Assembly (NCBI RefSeq): GCF_016432865.1
Contig: NC_067399.1
Coordinates: forward strand, 514,104,001-514,168,000
Direction of reading: 5' to 3'
Length of the DNA stretch: 64,000 nucleotides
Origin: Antechinus flavipes
Taxonomy: Eukaryota
Shown here: piece by piece, positions 13,500 through 25,000 of the stretch
Position numbering within the stretch: the stretch's first letter is position 1
Layout: every line of letters starts with the position of its first letter
Made by a program: the position numbers and the translations under genes
The notes under the pieces: generated by a model
What the model saw: the letters and a program-made list of their open reading frames with translations, nothing else
Database searches by the model: none
What the model was told of the DNA's origin: nothing

Positions 13500-13985
13500 A
13501 AGCCAGGGAATGGGAGAGAGGGAAAGGAAGAGAGGTAGAGATGAAAGATGAAAAGGGGAAGAAAAAGAGAGGAAAGAGAAAAGGAAAAGGGAAAGAGATG
13601 AAAAGGGGGAAGAGAAAGAGAGGAAAGAGGAAAGGAAACGAGAGGCAAGGGAGAGATGAAGGATGAAAGAGAGTAAAGAGAAAAGGGAATGAGAGGATGA
13701 GAGGAAAAGAAGAGGTGGTTAAAGACGAGATATGTAGAAAAGGGTACAATGGGATACATAGGAAGAGGGGGAGAAAAGAGAGAAAAGAAAAAAACGCAAG
13801 GAGGAAAGAGAAGGAAGAAGGATAAGCATGATAGTGATCGAAGGAAGGGAGAGAAACAGAACGGAGGAAGATATTGGGTAGAAGAGATGGGATGGGAAAA
13901 CAGAATTGTATAAAGAAGGAGAAAGAGGAAAGAAGAGATCGAGGTGAGACAGAAGAGAGAGAAGGAAAAGAAGAGAGCTGGAAAC
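13500..13985. repeat. About 480-bp polypurine/polypyrimidine low-complexity tract in CDH24 intron 1
   Basis: Plus strand almost entirely G/A; source of the spurious 385-390 aa F/S/L/P-rich ORFs. Confidence 0.9.
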
Positions 13986-13999
13986 GGGAATCCAGCAGA

Positions 14000-15070
14000 T
14001 GGGTCCCGGGTGTCTGTCTCGGAGCAAGCCCCTCCGAGGAGTCGCAGAGCCCCCCTCCCTTTGGCTTGCTGACCCCAGCCGCTCTGAGGCTGGCGCGAGG
14101 TCCGCTTACCTGGGCTGGCGCGAGGGTCTCTGCCTCTCCTAGCGGGAGAGCGAGCGGCAGGCAGGGCAGGGACACCCACACCCAGCCCTGCACCTCCCCC
14201 CACCCCACGGCCACTCGCGACAAAAGCGCAGAGACCGAGACTGAGGCGTCGATTGGGGAGGACGCCGGAGCCCGATCGGGAGGGAGCCGGAGCCGCGGCT
14301 TTGCTGCAGGTCTGAACGGCCCCGGCGAGAACAAGAGCGAGACGGAGCGGCGGGGTGGAGGGCGGGGGGAGCGAGAGAGGGAGGCGGGGGAGGAGGAGGC
14401 TCCGCCTGCAGAGGAAGGAGGGGGAGGAGGAGGAGGAGGAGGAGAGGGAGGAAGAGAAACCGGAGAGAGGGAGGGAAAAGAAGAAAAAGAGGGAGAAGGG
14501 GAAGGGGAAAAAAAAGGGGGGCGTAGAGGAGGAGGAGCCGGCTCCTCTTTTTCTTCCCAATAGACCCTCACCTGGTGGGGACTCTTCCCCCCTTTCCCCC
14601 CGCCCTAGCCATTATGGCCGTGTTTCCTCCTCTCTTCCCCCCCCCCCCCCCCCCCCGCCTGTGGAAAGGCGCATACAGATGCCGTGCCCCCGCACCCCTA
14701 CTCGGGGCCAGATTTCAGGTAGAGGGTGACCCTCAGCCATACTTGGGGCATCACTTCGGGGACAGCTCGGGGAGCGCAGACTTCGGGGTGTCTAGATTGC
14801 GGGGGGGATTTGGGAGGAGGAACGGGTCCCGAGAGACACAGCAGTCTTTAGGGACTGTATCCAGAGAGAGGGCCCAAGGGGTCGGAATGGACCCGGGAAG
14901 GACGTGATTTCCTGGGGCGGCGATCCGGAGGAAAAGGAGCCTGCGTTTCGGGACGGTCACCCTCGGTAGTCAGCACGTGGGGCGACTGCCCCCTGGTGGT
15001 AGACGCGGGGAAGTTAACATCTCAGAGCGGGATGGTGCAGACAGAGCGGAACTCGTAACGGGGAGAAGGG
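14000..15070. promoter_or_regulatory. CpG-island promoter of CDH24
   Basis: Dense CpG, GC boxes, (GGA)n and a long C run near 14637-14656, E-box CACGTG 14974-14979, CTCF-like motif 14986-14999. Confidence 0.75.
14110..14400 (-). other. CDH24: Probable non-coding exon 1 of CDH24 (upstream boundary approximate)
   Basis: Strong donor CAG|GTAAGC at 14110/14109 inside a CpG-rich block; matching acceptor TTCCTTTTCTGCAG| at 12247/12246 upstream of the ATG at 12107. Confidence 0.7.
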
Positions 15071-15402
15071 GGTGTTCTCTCCTCCATACTTCCCACTCTT
15101 CCAGCTGAGGTCATTCTCCCTCCCATTTCCCAAAGACCATTCACTGGTCCTCTTCAGATGGAGAGAAATAGGACAATGTTCTAGACTGGTGCAAATTTTG
15201 TGGCAAATGCAAGCGTTGAAGGGTAAAGACTAATCCTCAGACTTCTAGGTAGTGACCCCAACATCTAAAAGTCATGCTTTGGGATCTTCCACCTAGCCTG
15301 AGAGATCAGGAAGCAGAGCCCTCTTCCACCCTCTTCTCCTCTTAAGCCACTAGCTCCCAAGAAAACCCAACAGCACAATAATAGGTAAAACTAAGTCAGA
15401 TT

Positions 15403-15408
15403 TTTATT
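15403..15408 (-). terminator. Likely ACIN1 polyadenylation signal AATAAA
   Basis: TTTATT on plus about 610 nt after the stop codon, next to a U-rich upstream segment on the mRNA strand. Confidence 0.7.
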
Positions 15409-16020
15409 TTTTTCCATAGACCACATCATTTAATAATAAAAAAAATAAAAATAAAAATTGAACAGAAGGAAAAGGTGGATATAAAGTGGAACTTGTGGGC
15501 CAGGTGAAGGCTGAAGGGCAAGACTGGGAAAGACTTCAGGAACTGCAGGGGCCTGGGACTTTGGAGGAGAGATGCTGATTCAGCTCATAGGTGCCCCAGT
15601 CCTGACCCCAGCTATTCCTGAGGGGAGCTGAGAAAGGAGAGGGTAAGAGGGAACAAGTTATAAGGAAAATGAAAGACAGGAGATAGGGATGAGGGAGATG
15701 TGGAGGATGCTGAGTCCCCTGGCTGCTTCCCATAGTTAAGATTAACCTTTACCCCCACCCCCCTCCCCCCAAAATGGGTCTTATCCTACACAGATCCAGA
15801 AATGGGGTTTGGGGAAAAGGCTGAAGGGCACATGGGGCAGCACACAGCCACTTCTCCCCCTCTGTTCTGTGAACAAAAAGAGGGACACGCTTCAGCACGG
15901 GTAATTCTGTGCAATACCCTCAGGAGTCAAGGTGGTGGCAGTGTGCCCATTCAGTTGTGGCTCTTACCCCCCACCAGCAGGGTGGCTGATGCCTGAGGCT
16001 TTCCTTAGGGTAGGGGAAAG

Positions 16021-19000
16021 CTAGCGGCGCCCACCCCTGTCACGCACTGGGGTGCTGCGGCTGCGGCTTCGACTGTGCCTTTTGGTGTCCCGACGATCCC
16101 TCTCACGGCCCCTTTCCCGATCCCGATCCCCCCGGTCCCTCTCCCGTTCCCGCTCTCTTTCCCTCTCTCGGCTGTGCTCGCGACGTTTCTCCCTCTCTAG
16201 CTGCCTGCTCCGCTCTCGCTCTGCCTCCTTCTCCCGTTCTTTCTGTTCTTCTTCTTCCTGTTCTTTTCGCCGTTTCTCACGCTCTTTGGCCCGCTCGGCT
16301 CGCTCAGCCTCCTTCTGAACAATCTGTGGAGCACGCAGGGGGAGTTAAAGAGTGTCTGCTGCCTGTGCTTTTTAGCAGAGTGACTATGCCCATTCCTGTA
16401 ACCCTGCCAATTACTCCTTTTCCAGGGCCCTTGGGCCATCTCCAGTTTTTATAAAAGAGAACACTAACCTGGCAGTCAGTCAGAGGAAGCCAGTAGATGC
16501 AGGGTGCTGCCTTGGTCTTACGGAACAAGTCATCAAGCAGCTTGGCAGGTGGTTCCTCCTGGGCTTTTTCTGTACAGACAGTGAATGGTTAGATTCTGGG
16601 TGTGTCTGGCCCTGATAGGTGGGTACACCTGCCACAGTCTAGCGGCTAGGGACGTATAGCTCAAGCAATACCTTTCTTTTCGCTCTTCTTCTCTTTGGAC
16701 TTGGCTCGTTCCTTGCGGCGGCGGTCACGGGAGCGAGATCGGGAACGGGGTCCTTCACGAACCTTGTCCCGGTCCCACTCCCGTTCTGAGCGAGTACGTT
16801 CCCGTCGCTCCATCTCTCGCTCCCGCTCTGCCCACTGCTCCCGCACTGCCCGCTCCTGCTCCCTCTGCTCTGCCCTTGGATGATGAGGTGGCTGGGCTGG
16901 GGGCGGGGGCGGAGGGTGCAGGGGCCGTGGGCCTCCCTGCTCCTCAGTTTTAGGCTCAGAGGGTCGATCTGGCAAGAGGCCTCGGTGAAAGTCCAGCTGT
17001 TGATAAAGGCAAATAAATAGTGGGAGTGAAAACTCTCTTGCTTAGGTAAATCTCAGTGGCGTCTCTTCAGCAATTGTTATGAGATCAACTATGGGAGAAA
17101 AATCTTTCTCTTACTAAAATGTCAGGGAAAATCCTCAATGAAAGGACTCTGGTGCTCTGGGTCCTCAGAATATGGGAAGATAAGATGCCCACCTCTTTTT
17201 TATCTTTTTCTTTCTAGGTTTCATACCTCATCCTGCTCTGCATAATCAGCACAGAGGAATTTGGGATTGCTCTGGGGCCATTTAACTCCATGCAGAGCTG
17301 TTCGAGTGGCAACAGCTTCCTCTACTGTTGAATACTGATAAAAGAGTAGAGAAAATGATCACTTATATAAACCTTCAGTTCAGTCACCATCCTATATCCA
17401 AGACCAGATCCCAAAGGACCCCAATAACTCTCTCCAGAGAGTTCTCCTTCCTCACCGTGACATAGCAATGAGATTTGATTTTATCTATCCAAAAGGCTTC
17501 TTCCACAAGGGTTCCTGTACGACCCAGCAACTCCTTCAATTGGCCTAAGGTGAAAGGACGAACCTGCCGATGAAAATGGGATTCAAGAGTCACAAAGGAA
17601 AAAAGGGCTGAAAGGTAGTCATTCTTAGGATTTCTCCAGACCCTGTAGGAGTTCAGGCAGAATGCTTGGGAATGAATAATCTTTGGTAAGAGGTGGGGAT
17701 AGAAAAGACTTACCAAATTGGAGATATGGACAATGTTATTGATCTTGCCCCGAGGTGGTGAGGGCACCTGGGCTGTACGGACAGGATCATCAATTGTGAT
17801 AGACACACCAGACTTCTGCTGGCTGATTGAACGCCGGGTCAGAGTGTCTCCCAGGGTCACTGCAAAAACAAAAAACAGGAATGGCTGTCAGCAATAATCA
17901 CACATATAACTATATGATTATTACTTTCTCTGGTACACCTTTTTAATCACCTTTTTTTACTTCATGCTCCACAGGTGGAGGCAAGGCAACTTCTACAGAA
18001 ACCTGGGGTGCTTCAGGGGGCTCAACTTCAGGCTCTTTTTCTTCCTCCTCTTCTTCACGTTGTCCATTTTCCTGGCCCTCTGCTGGCACCACCTATAGAA
18101 GGGGAGAGTAAGAAAACATCAGGGGCTTGGAGGCATTTCCTAACAAGCGCGTCATGTCCATGACCCTGACTCTTTCTGGTGAAGAAGGGAGGAATGGTAG
18201 ATCTCAGAAGCTGTTTCTAAAATGCTAGGAATGATGTTAAATGAGGCTTGTCATCTGTCCCTATTTGTGATAGATACTGAATCAATGGAAAAGGAGACAC
18301 AGTTCAAATTCTGACTCCTACCTCAACTGCCACCCTGTTCCCAGCCACTTCCAAATAAGGAGCCTCTCCATAACCTGGCTCCTTAGCACACCAAGCCTTT
18401 TACCTGAGTAACGGTCCGGCATATCTTCAGCCCCTTGTCGTGGGTTCCATCCTCACCATTACGTTCTGTCTCATCTTCAGAAATCCTTGAGTCATCAGCA
18501 TGTAGATCCACAATGGCCTCCTGCCCCGCCAGGGGTTTGATGTCGGGGATAAGGCTCTGGGACACAGATACCCCCCCACCCCGTTACACTGGGCCCACGT
18601 CTACTCCCACCTCCCCACCTCCCACCCCTCAGGCTTTTCCCACCTCACCTTGAGAGACTCAGTGGTGATACTGATGGAGGGCTTCTTCTGTGTGGTGGCT
18701 GTGCTAGCCCCCCAACGCCGCTTCCGTCCTGGTTGTCCTCCTTCTGTGTCACTGTTTCCAGCTGGTACCCCTTTGGTAGCCGCTATCCCCAAGAAACAAG
18801 GCTCAATTGTGAGATGGTCAGGACCTTTATATTGGTTCCCTCTGTAACCCCACTGATCAATCTTTAATTTGGGATTTTTATCACATTTAAACTAAGGCAA
18901 ACCACCTTAGGGAATTATAGAAAACTTGTCGTCAGAGTAAACAAGTAGAACTACCTCCTGATTAAAATAAACTACCTACCTGTATTTAAAAGCAACAAAT

Positions 19001-22000
19001 CATAATTTGTTTGGTGGGGGCTATGTGAAAAGGAAAATCCCTAAGCAGTTAAGCTTTTCAAATGGAGGTAGAAATGACATTTAAAATTGTGGGGAAGAAA
19101 GGGACAAGAGATATATGGTTGTACTGGGGCTCAGAATTTAAAAAAAAACAAAAAACCACCACAACTGCTATTTATTAAACCCTCTGTGAGATCTTCACTA
19201 ATCTCTGGCTCTAGGAACTTAAGTGTTTGAAGGAATATACCCCTCTCTACATACAACTTTAAGTACTAAAACTGCAAAGAACAAGAAAGGAGAGACAGTG
19301 AATGGACAGTAGGATATAAAACATTTCATTGTATATGTCTGTGGGCAAAGAAGTAATAAATCTTACTATTACTTGGAAAGTGGCTTAAGTGTAAGGAGTT
19401 CAATGGAACCAGAGAAATAGCAAAAACTCATACTCTTGGAGGACAAAGACGCAAAGCAATAGAGACGTATTATCTGCTCCAACACAAACTCTGGTTGCTA
19501 TAGAATCCCTAAACATCAGTGATTTAAGTCTGGACTTACAGACAACGGAGATCTTCCTCTTGAAGGATTTGGGCATCGAGCTCTGTATAGAGAAGAGAAG
19601 GGGAAAAAAAGAGAAAGAGACACACCCCACAGAGAGGGGGGGAAGAGGTTAGATGAGGGTAGTTTCAGCACAGGCTCCAGAGACACAGAGTAAGAGAGAC
19701 AGAGACAGACAGAGAGACCAAAACAGAAGCGGCAAACGGCAAAAACGGAAGCGGAACCGATGCAAGTTAGAGAAAAAAACAAAACCAAACGTCACATCGG
19801 GGAAAGGTCCGTCCAGTCCACACCATGCCTGCATATTAGCTTTACCAGAAATAAGTTGAAAAGAAGACTTTTAGGGTGTAGTAGCTTTCCCCGCTCTTCA
19901 AAGATGTTGCCATGCCCCCTTCATAGTCCTTCTGGGTTGAGACATACCTGCCCAGATTCTGAGGCCACTGCCTCAATTGCCCAGAGTTGGCTGATGCAGT
20001 CCTCCTTGCCCCCTATTAACTCAGGTTAAAAATGAAGGAACAAAGAAAGCCAACTTTGGGATGGGAAAGGCCTTAAGGATCTTCATTTTCCTCCTTTTAA
20101 TGACCAAGCAGTCTACCAATGAAAAAGACTTTAATCCCTCATGTATAAACTATTTTGCTTGTGTCCTATTTGCAAGATGCTTTTGTACTATAGAAGGTTG
20201 GATTCCAAAGATTTGTTACCTAAAGTCCTGATATCTTTTGGAGGAAGGAAGCCCGAGACCAACTTGACTGGAGGTGAGTGAAGTAACAATTGTAGAAAGG
20301 TCTTGAAAGGGACAGCCTTTTATCACCTGGAACCTCCCTCAGCATCTTACTTGGCCCCCTGAGGGACTTACCATTCCTTCTCCAACCAGGACTCACGCCT
20401 TATGGGCTTTAACTGAGGACTAGAAGGTGGCTTTGAGACAACTCCCTTTCTCTTCCCAAAGGAAAGGGACTATGAGCAGAGCAGAAGGGAAAGGATAAGA
20501 ATAGGGGACAGAGTGGAGAACCTTTATATTTGCATGCTTATTTCTGGAAAAACTAAGGCCACCCTTCTAAAGGGTAGAGCAGGACTCTTGACAAAATCTC
20601 TTCTTTCCACCTCCCTCCCCAACCCTGCTTCTGTCATCTAACCAAGTCTCCTTGGTCTCCGTTAAGGGCCAGCCTGACCCCAGCCGGGCCGCTCTCGACG
20701 GGAAAGTTAGTGAGAAAAAAAAAAAGTCTTAATTAAAACAGGAAAAACATGAACCAAATAAATAAAATCAATAAAGAAATCAGAAAATTAAAGAAAAAAG
20801 GGAAAAAATAAAATANNNNNNNNNNNNNNNNNNNNNNNNNNNNNNNNNNNNNNNNNNNNNNNNNNNNNNNNNNNNNNNNNNNNNNNNNNNNNNNNNNNNN
20901 NNNNNNNNNNNNNNNNNNNNNNNNNNNNNNNNNNNNNNNNNNNNNNNNNNNNNNNNNNNNNNNNNNNNNNNNNNNNNNNNNNNNNNNNNNNNNNNNNNNN
21001 NNNNNNNNNNNNNNNNNNNNNNNNNNNNNNNNNNNNNNNNNNTGGTCGGCGGCAGAGCCACAGTCCTCCCGGGGGGCGAAGGGGGGGGCAAGGGGAAAAA
21101 TTGGGGGGGGCAGTGCCCAGTCTCCAAGATGTCAGACAGTTCAGTGGTGGTGCCCGGGCTCAGCGAGGGGCAGAGGGGGAAAATGAGGGGAGAGACAGCA
21201 GTCCCAGCCCTGTATGGGCACCATCTTGTAGTCCCTGATGAGGAGGTGGCCACTGAATGGCAGGAGTGGCTCATGCCCTGGATTATGAGAGGCAGGCATG
21301 GCCCCCAGGTCCACCAGTGACAAACTGCAGCAATAACAACACTCAAAGATTTGCAATCCAGGTGACAGATGACTCCAGGGTCTCTTTTTCCTCTGCCTGC
21401 AACTAGGTGGGGAGGCTTTTGATCAGATGTGGCCATGGCGCCTCAGATGAAGGTGCCCCTGGAATTGGGTAGGTAGACATTCCAGGTGAAGAATGACAAC
21501 TGTAAGGCCAGGCTGCTTTTCTTCTCAAGAGGGTGTGGCTTTGCCTCAGAGAGCTCCAGCTGGGACAGTGGCTCCAGTCAGGTGGATGGATGGGTCCAGG
21601 CCCCTGCCTCCAAGGATGGAGAAGTGGTAAGAGCTGCCAGCATACTACCCTCCACCATGTGTAGCCAGGGACCAGAGGAAAGTCCATCTGACGAGTGAGC
21701 AGTGATGTAGTAGACTGGGATGTCACCAGCATTAAGTCCCTGGGGCTTAGACCTTTGACCTTCTGCAGGATCCTCAGTTGTTGAAGCTTATTCTGAGGGC
21801 CCCACTTTGGTATCTTAAAGCCTGCTGCCATGTCCACACATGGCTCTTTAGGGAGGTTTTGTTGCCCTAGAAAGGGAATCCAACAGTCTGTAGAAAACAA
21901 GGAAGCCCCCAGCAGAGGCATATGGATAGGGGCCCCAGCACTGACAAAAGTTCTTCTTGAGGCATCCCAAGTAGGGAAATGGCACAAGTCCGCCCCTTTC

Positions 22001-25000
22001 CAGATGCTCTTTGCTTTCTGAATACAAGTCTTTCCTGAACAGTACTCTTCCGGCCCCCTGCTGTAGGCAGGACAGGGAGGCAGGTGTGGGGGGCCCCCCC
22101 CAGGAGCCCACATACAACAACCCCCCTTCTGGCCGAGGCACCAGGATAGCAGACTCGGCTCTTACTGGGCAGCTCAGTAGCAGCGGGTGGGTCCAGAGGA
22201 GGAGNNNNNNNNNNNNNNNNNNNNNNNNNNNNNNNNNNNNNNNNNNNNNNNNNNNNNNNNNNNNNNNNNNNNNNNNNNNNNNNNNNNNNNNNNNNNNNNN
22301 NNNNNNNNNNNNNNNNNNNNNNNNNNNNNNNNNNNNNNNNNNNNNNNNNNNNNNNNNNNNNNNNNNNNNNNNNNNNTACACACACAACAATCCCACCCAC
22401 CCTGTGCCCCCAGCTCCCAAACCCAGCTAAGACTTTCTCTATCACTACAACAGCCAAGGAGATTTTGCTGGCTTGGATTGGGGCAGTCCTTGAATTGGAT
22501 GGATGGCATGAATGAATGTAAATGGAAAGAAAAACAGAAAGGATCACTATGGATAAAAACAGAGAAAGGATTCTCCATGAAGTACACTTATATACATCTC
22601 AGCAAAGGGACCACTGGGGGGCAGATAGAGAACTCGAATTTCCTCAGCATGGTTAGCGTATGGTGAAAAATCCCATAAGCCCACTAGGGGGCAATGCTTT
22701 CTAACAGGATAAAAAGGAGGGAAAGCAAGGTGACTATTCCCAAGAGACTGAAGATGATAGTAACAAAAACTGAGCTCTGAGTTTGGAAAAATAATTTAAG
22801 GAAGGAGGAAAATCATAACAAGGACTAGAGCCCCTAGTATGAGCCCACCAGGACATAATTAGGCAGCCCCAAGTAAAAAGAACAGCTGAGATTTAGAGCT
22901 GTCCTAGAAATCAGTAAAAGAGAAAGGAAAAAGAAAAGCAGAATAAAGTTCCCCTTAATTCAATCTCCAATTGATCACTACAAAAAAGAAGAGTCCCAGG
23001 AGCTAACCTTTTTTAACAAGAAAGAAATATTGAGCCTCGTTGCCAATACAAGGGGCATCCCTTGCTAAACCAGCAAATTCTCCCTTTTGGCCCTACACTG
23101 ATTAATGTCCTATCTGCCTCTGGGACCTACAGGTCCCAGATCTCTCCTGAGCAAAGATCTGCCTTGTCCCTTCATTCTGAACTTATCCCACTGTTTAAAG
23201 GGGGTCACCAGAGTGACCTACCCTTTCCCCAAGGGTTGTCCCCCACCCTCACCAACAGGTGGCTTTGAAATTTACCTCTTTCTTCTCCTCATCCTCTGCA
23301 TTGCCCTCAGGGCGCTCTTCATTGCTTGCAGCATCAGCAATGGGCATGGGGGGCTCAGGCACCTCATTCTCAGGCCTGTTTTCAGCTGTCTCCATGGTCA
23401 CTTCCTCCTTCTCCTCGCTGACAATATGGGGGGGGGGAGGGGAAGGGAGGGTAGGAAAGGAAGGGCAGGAAAAGAACCAAGGGGAACAGAGAGCAAGATG
23501 TTAGCTCGTGAGTCAGGAAACCCCCATGCTTTGTCACTGGGGATGGGGGTGGGGTGGGGATGGAGTTGGGATACTTTCCCTATTACATAAGTATTTAGCA
23601 CCTAGTGACTGCCTCAGTTCTTTGGGCCTGAGGCCTAACTCAAGTCCAGAGGAAGAGGCAAGATCTTCTTTTACCTTAAGAATGAAGGGGCAATTAGCAC
23701 TAATCACAAGAACCATATCCTTCCAGCCTGAGATAAGGCTGATGGGGCTGGGGTATTGAGGCTTTACTGTCTCTGGCACAGTTCAATATCACTGACCAAG
23801 GCTCAGTACAGGTTTTTATTCCTATCTTCAACAATCCCTCACAGGTGATTCTATCAAAACTGTCAGTTAATAAATACTTATTAAGCATCCATGTGCAAGA
23901 CACTGTATAGGGGCCTTTTTCTCAAAAAGATGATAAAGTCTGGTCATGGCTATTGCCACTGATCTTAGGTGAAAGCCTATCCAAAAGCTTAAGTAGCTTT
24001 TAAATAGTCCATTCACTTATCTGACCTAGAGATACCAGGAATGAAAGAAAAAGGCAGAGGGATACCTCACCAAAAAAAGGTTTTATTTTAAGCCCCCACC
24101 CTTTCACCTCCCCTCCACCCTGACCAGCTGTAGAACTTAAGGTAGAGTCATATACCTTTTACCAACAAGGTGCAGAGGCCACTCTGATATTCAGCTGACT
24201 CTGCTTTTTCCAGAATCCCATTCTTACTTTTATAGAATTAAAGTGCTAACCACTCTTAAGTCGGAACACACCTATCATTTCCCCCAAATATCCTCAACGC
24301 TTTGAATAACCCTCCCCTTATATCAAAAGCACAGAATCCTCAATCCCATTCTAGATTACACAAACTGCCCCCCCCCCCATTCCCACGCAAATAATTCCAG
24401 AGATCCATCTTTGAATAAACTGCCTCTCAATCTTTAGTCCCCACCCCTAACTTCACTCTCCCTCCCCCACATGCTTTAAAAAAAATCAAATCAAGATGAC
24501 CAGGGGCCTAATTCTCTGGAGGAGAAACCAAGCCTCCTGGGCGTGATAATAACCACCAGGAAATCCAGCAGCCCGATAGCCTGACACACAGAGGTCAGAG
24601 AGTCTCCAGAGAACAGACTGAGAAGGCTGTTGGGGGGGAGGGGAAAATTTATACAGTGCCCCCAGCTAGCAGGCCCGGACAGAAACACTCAAGGATTTAA
24701 CAGTCTAAATCTAAAGAACAGGCTAGCCTGAAAAATGCCTATTCCCCACACAGAGGGAAAAGGCCTGATTGATATTAGGCTAGAAAGACAAAGAAGAGTA
24801 AAGCAGGATGTCTAAAAACAATTAAAAAAACAAAAGGAGAAATGAAGGCCACAGGGGACAAGAGAAAAGAAATGAGGAGAGGAGGGACAGATGGGAAAGG
24901 GAGGAGAGACATGGAANNNNNNNNNNNNNNNNNNNNNNNNNNNNNNNNNNNNNNNNNNNNNNNNNNNNNNNNNNNNNNNNNNNNNNNNNNNNNNNNNNNN

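Noticed and set aside
13388-14729. Long ORFs of 390, 385, 229 and 124 aa
   Set aside because: By-products of the polypurine tract and GC-rich promoter; low-complexity F/S/L/P or E/G/K/R content with no domain.
16052-16883. Plus-strand RS-rich ORFs
   Set aside because: Antisense shadows of ACIN1 exons 17 and 19; the same applies to 33902-34825 and 34840-35219 opposite exon 6.
21990-22030. Minus-strand peptide LYSESKEH resembling the Acinus-S start MLSESKEG
   Set aside because: Lies downstream of exon 9, has no ATG or donor, so it cannot be that first exon. The real Acinus-S exon was not found and may be diverged or inside the 24917-25076 gap.
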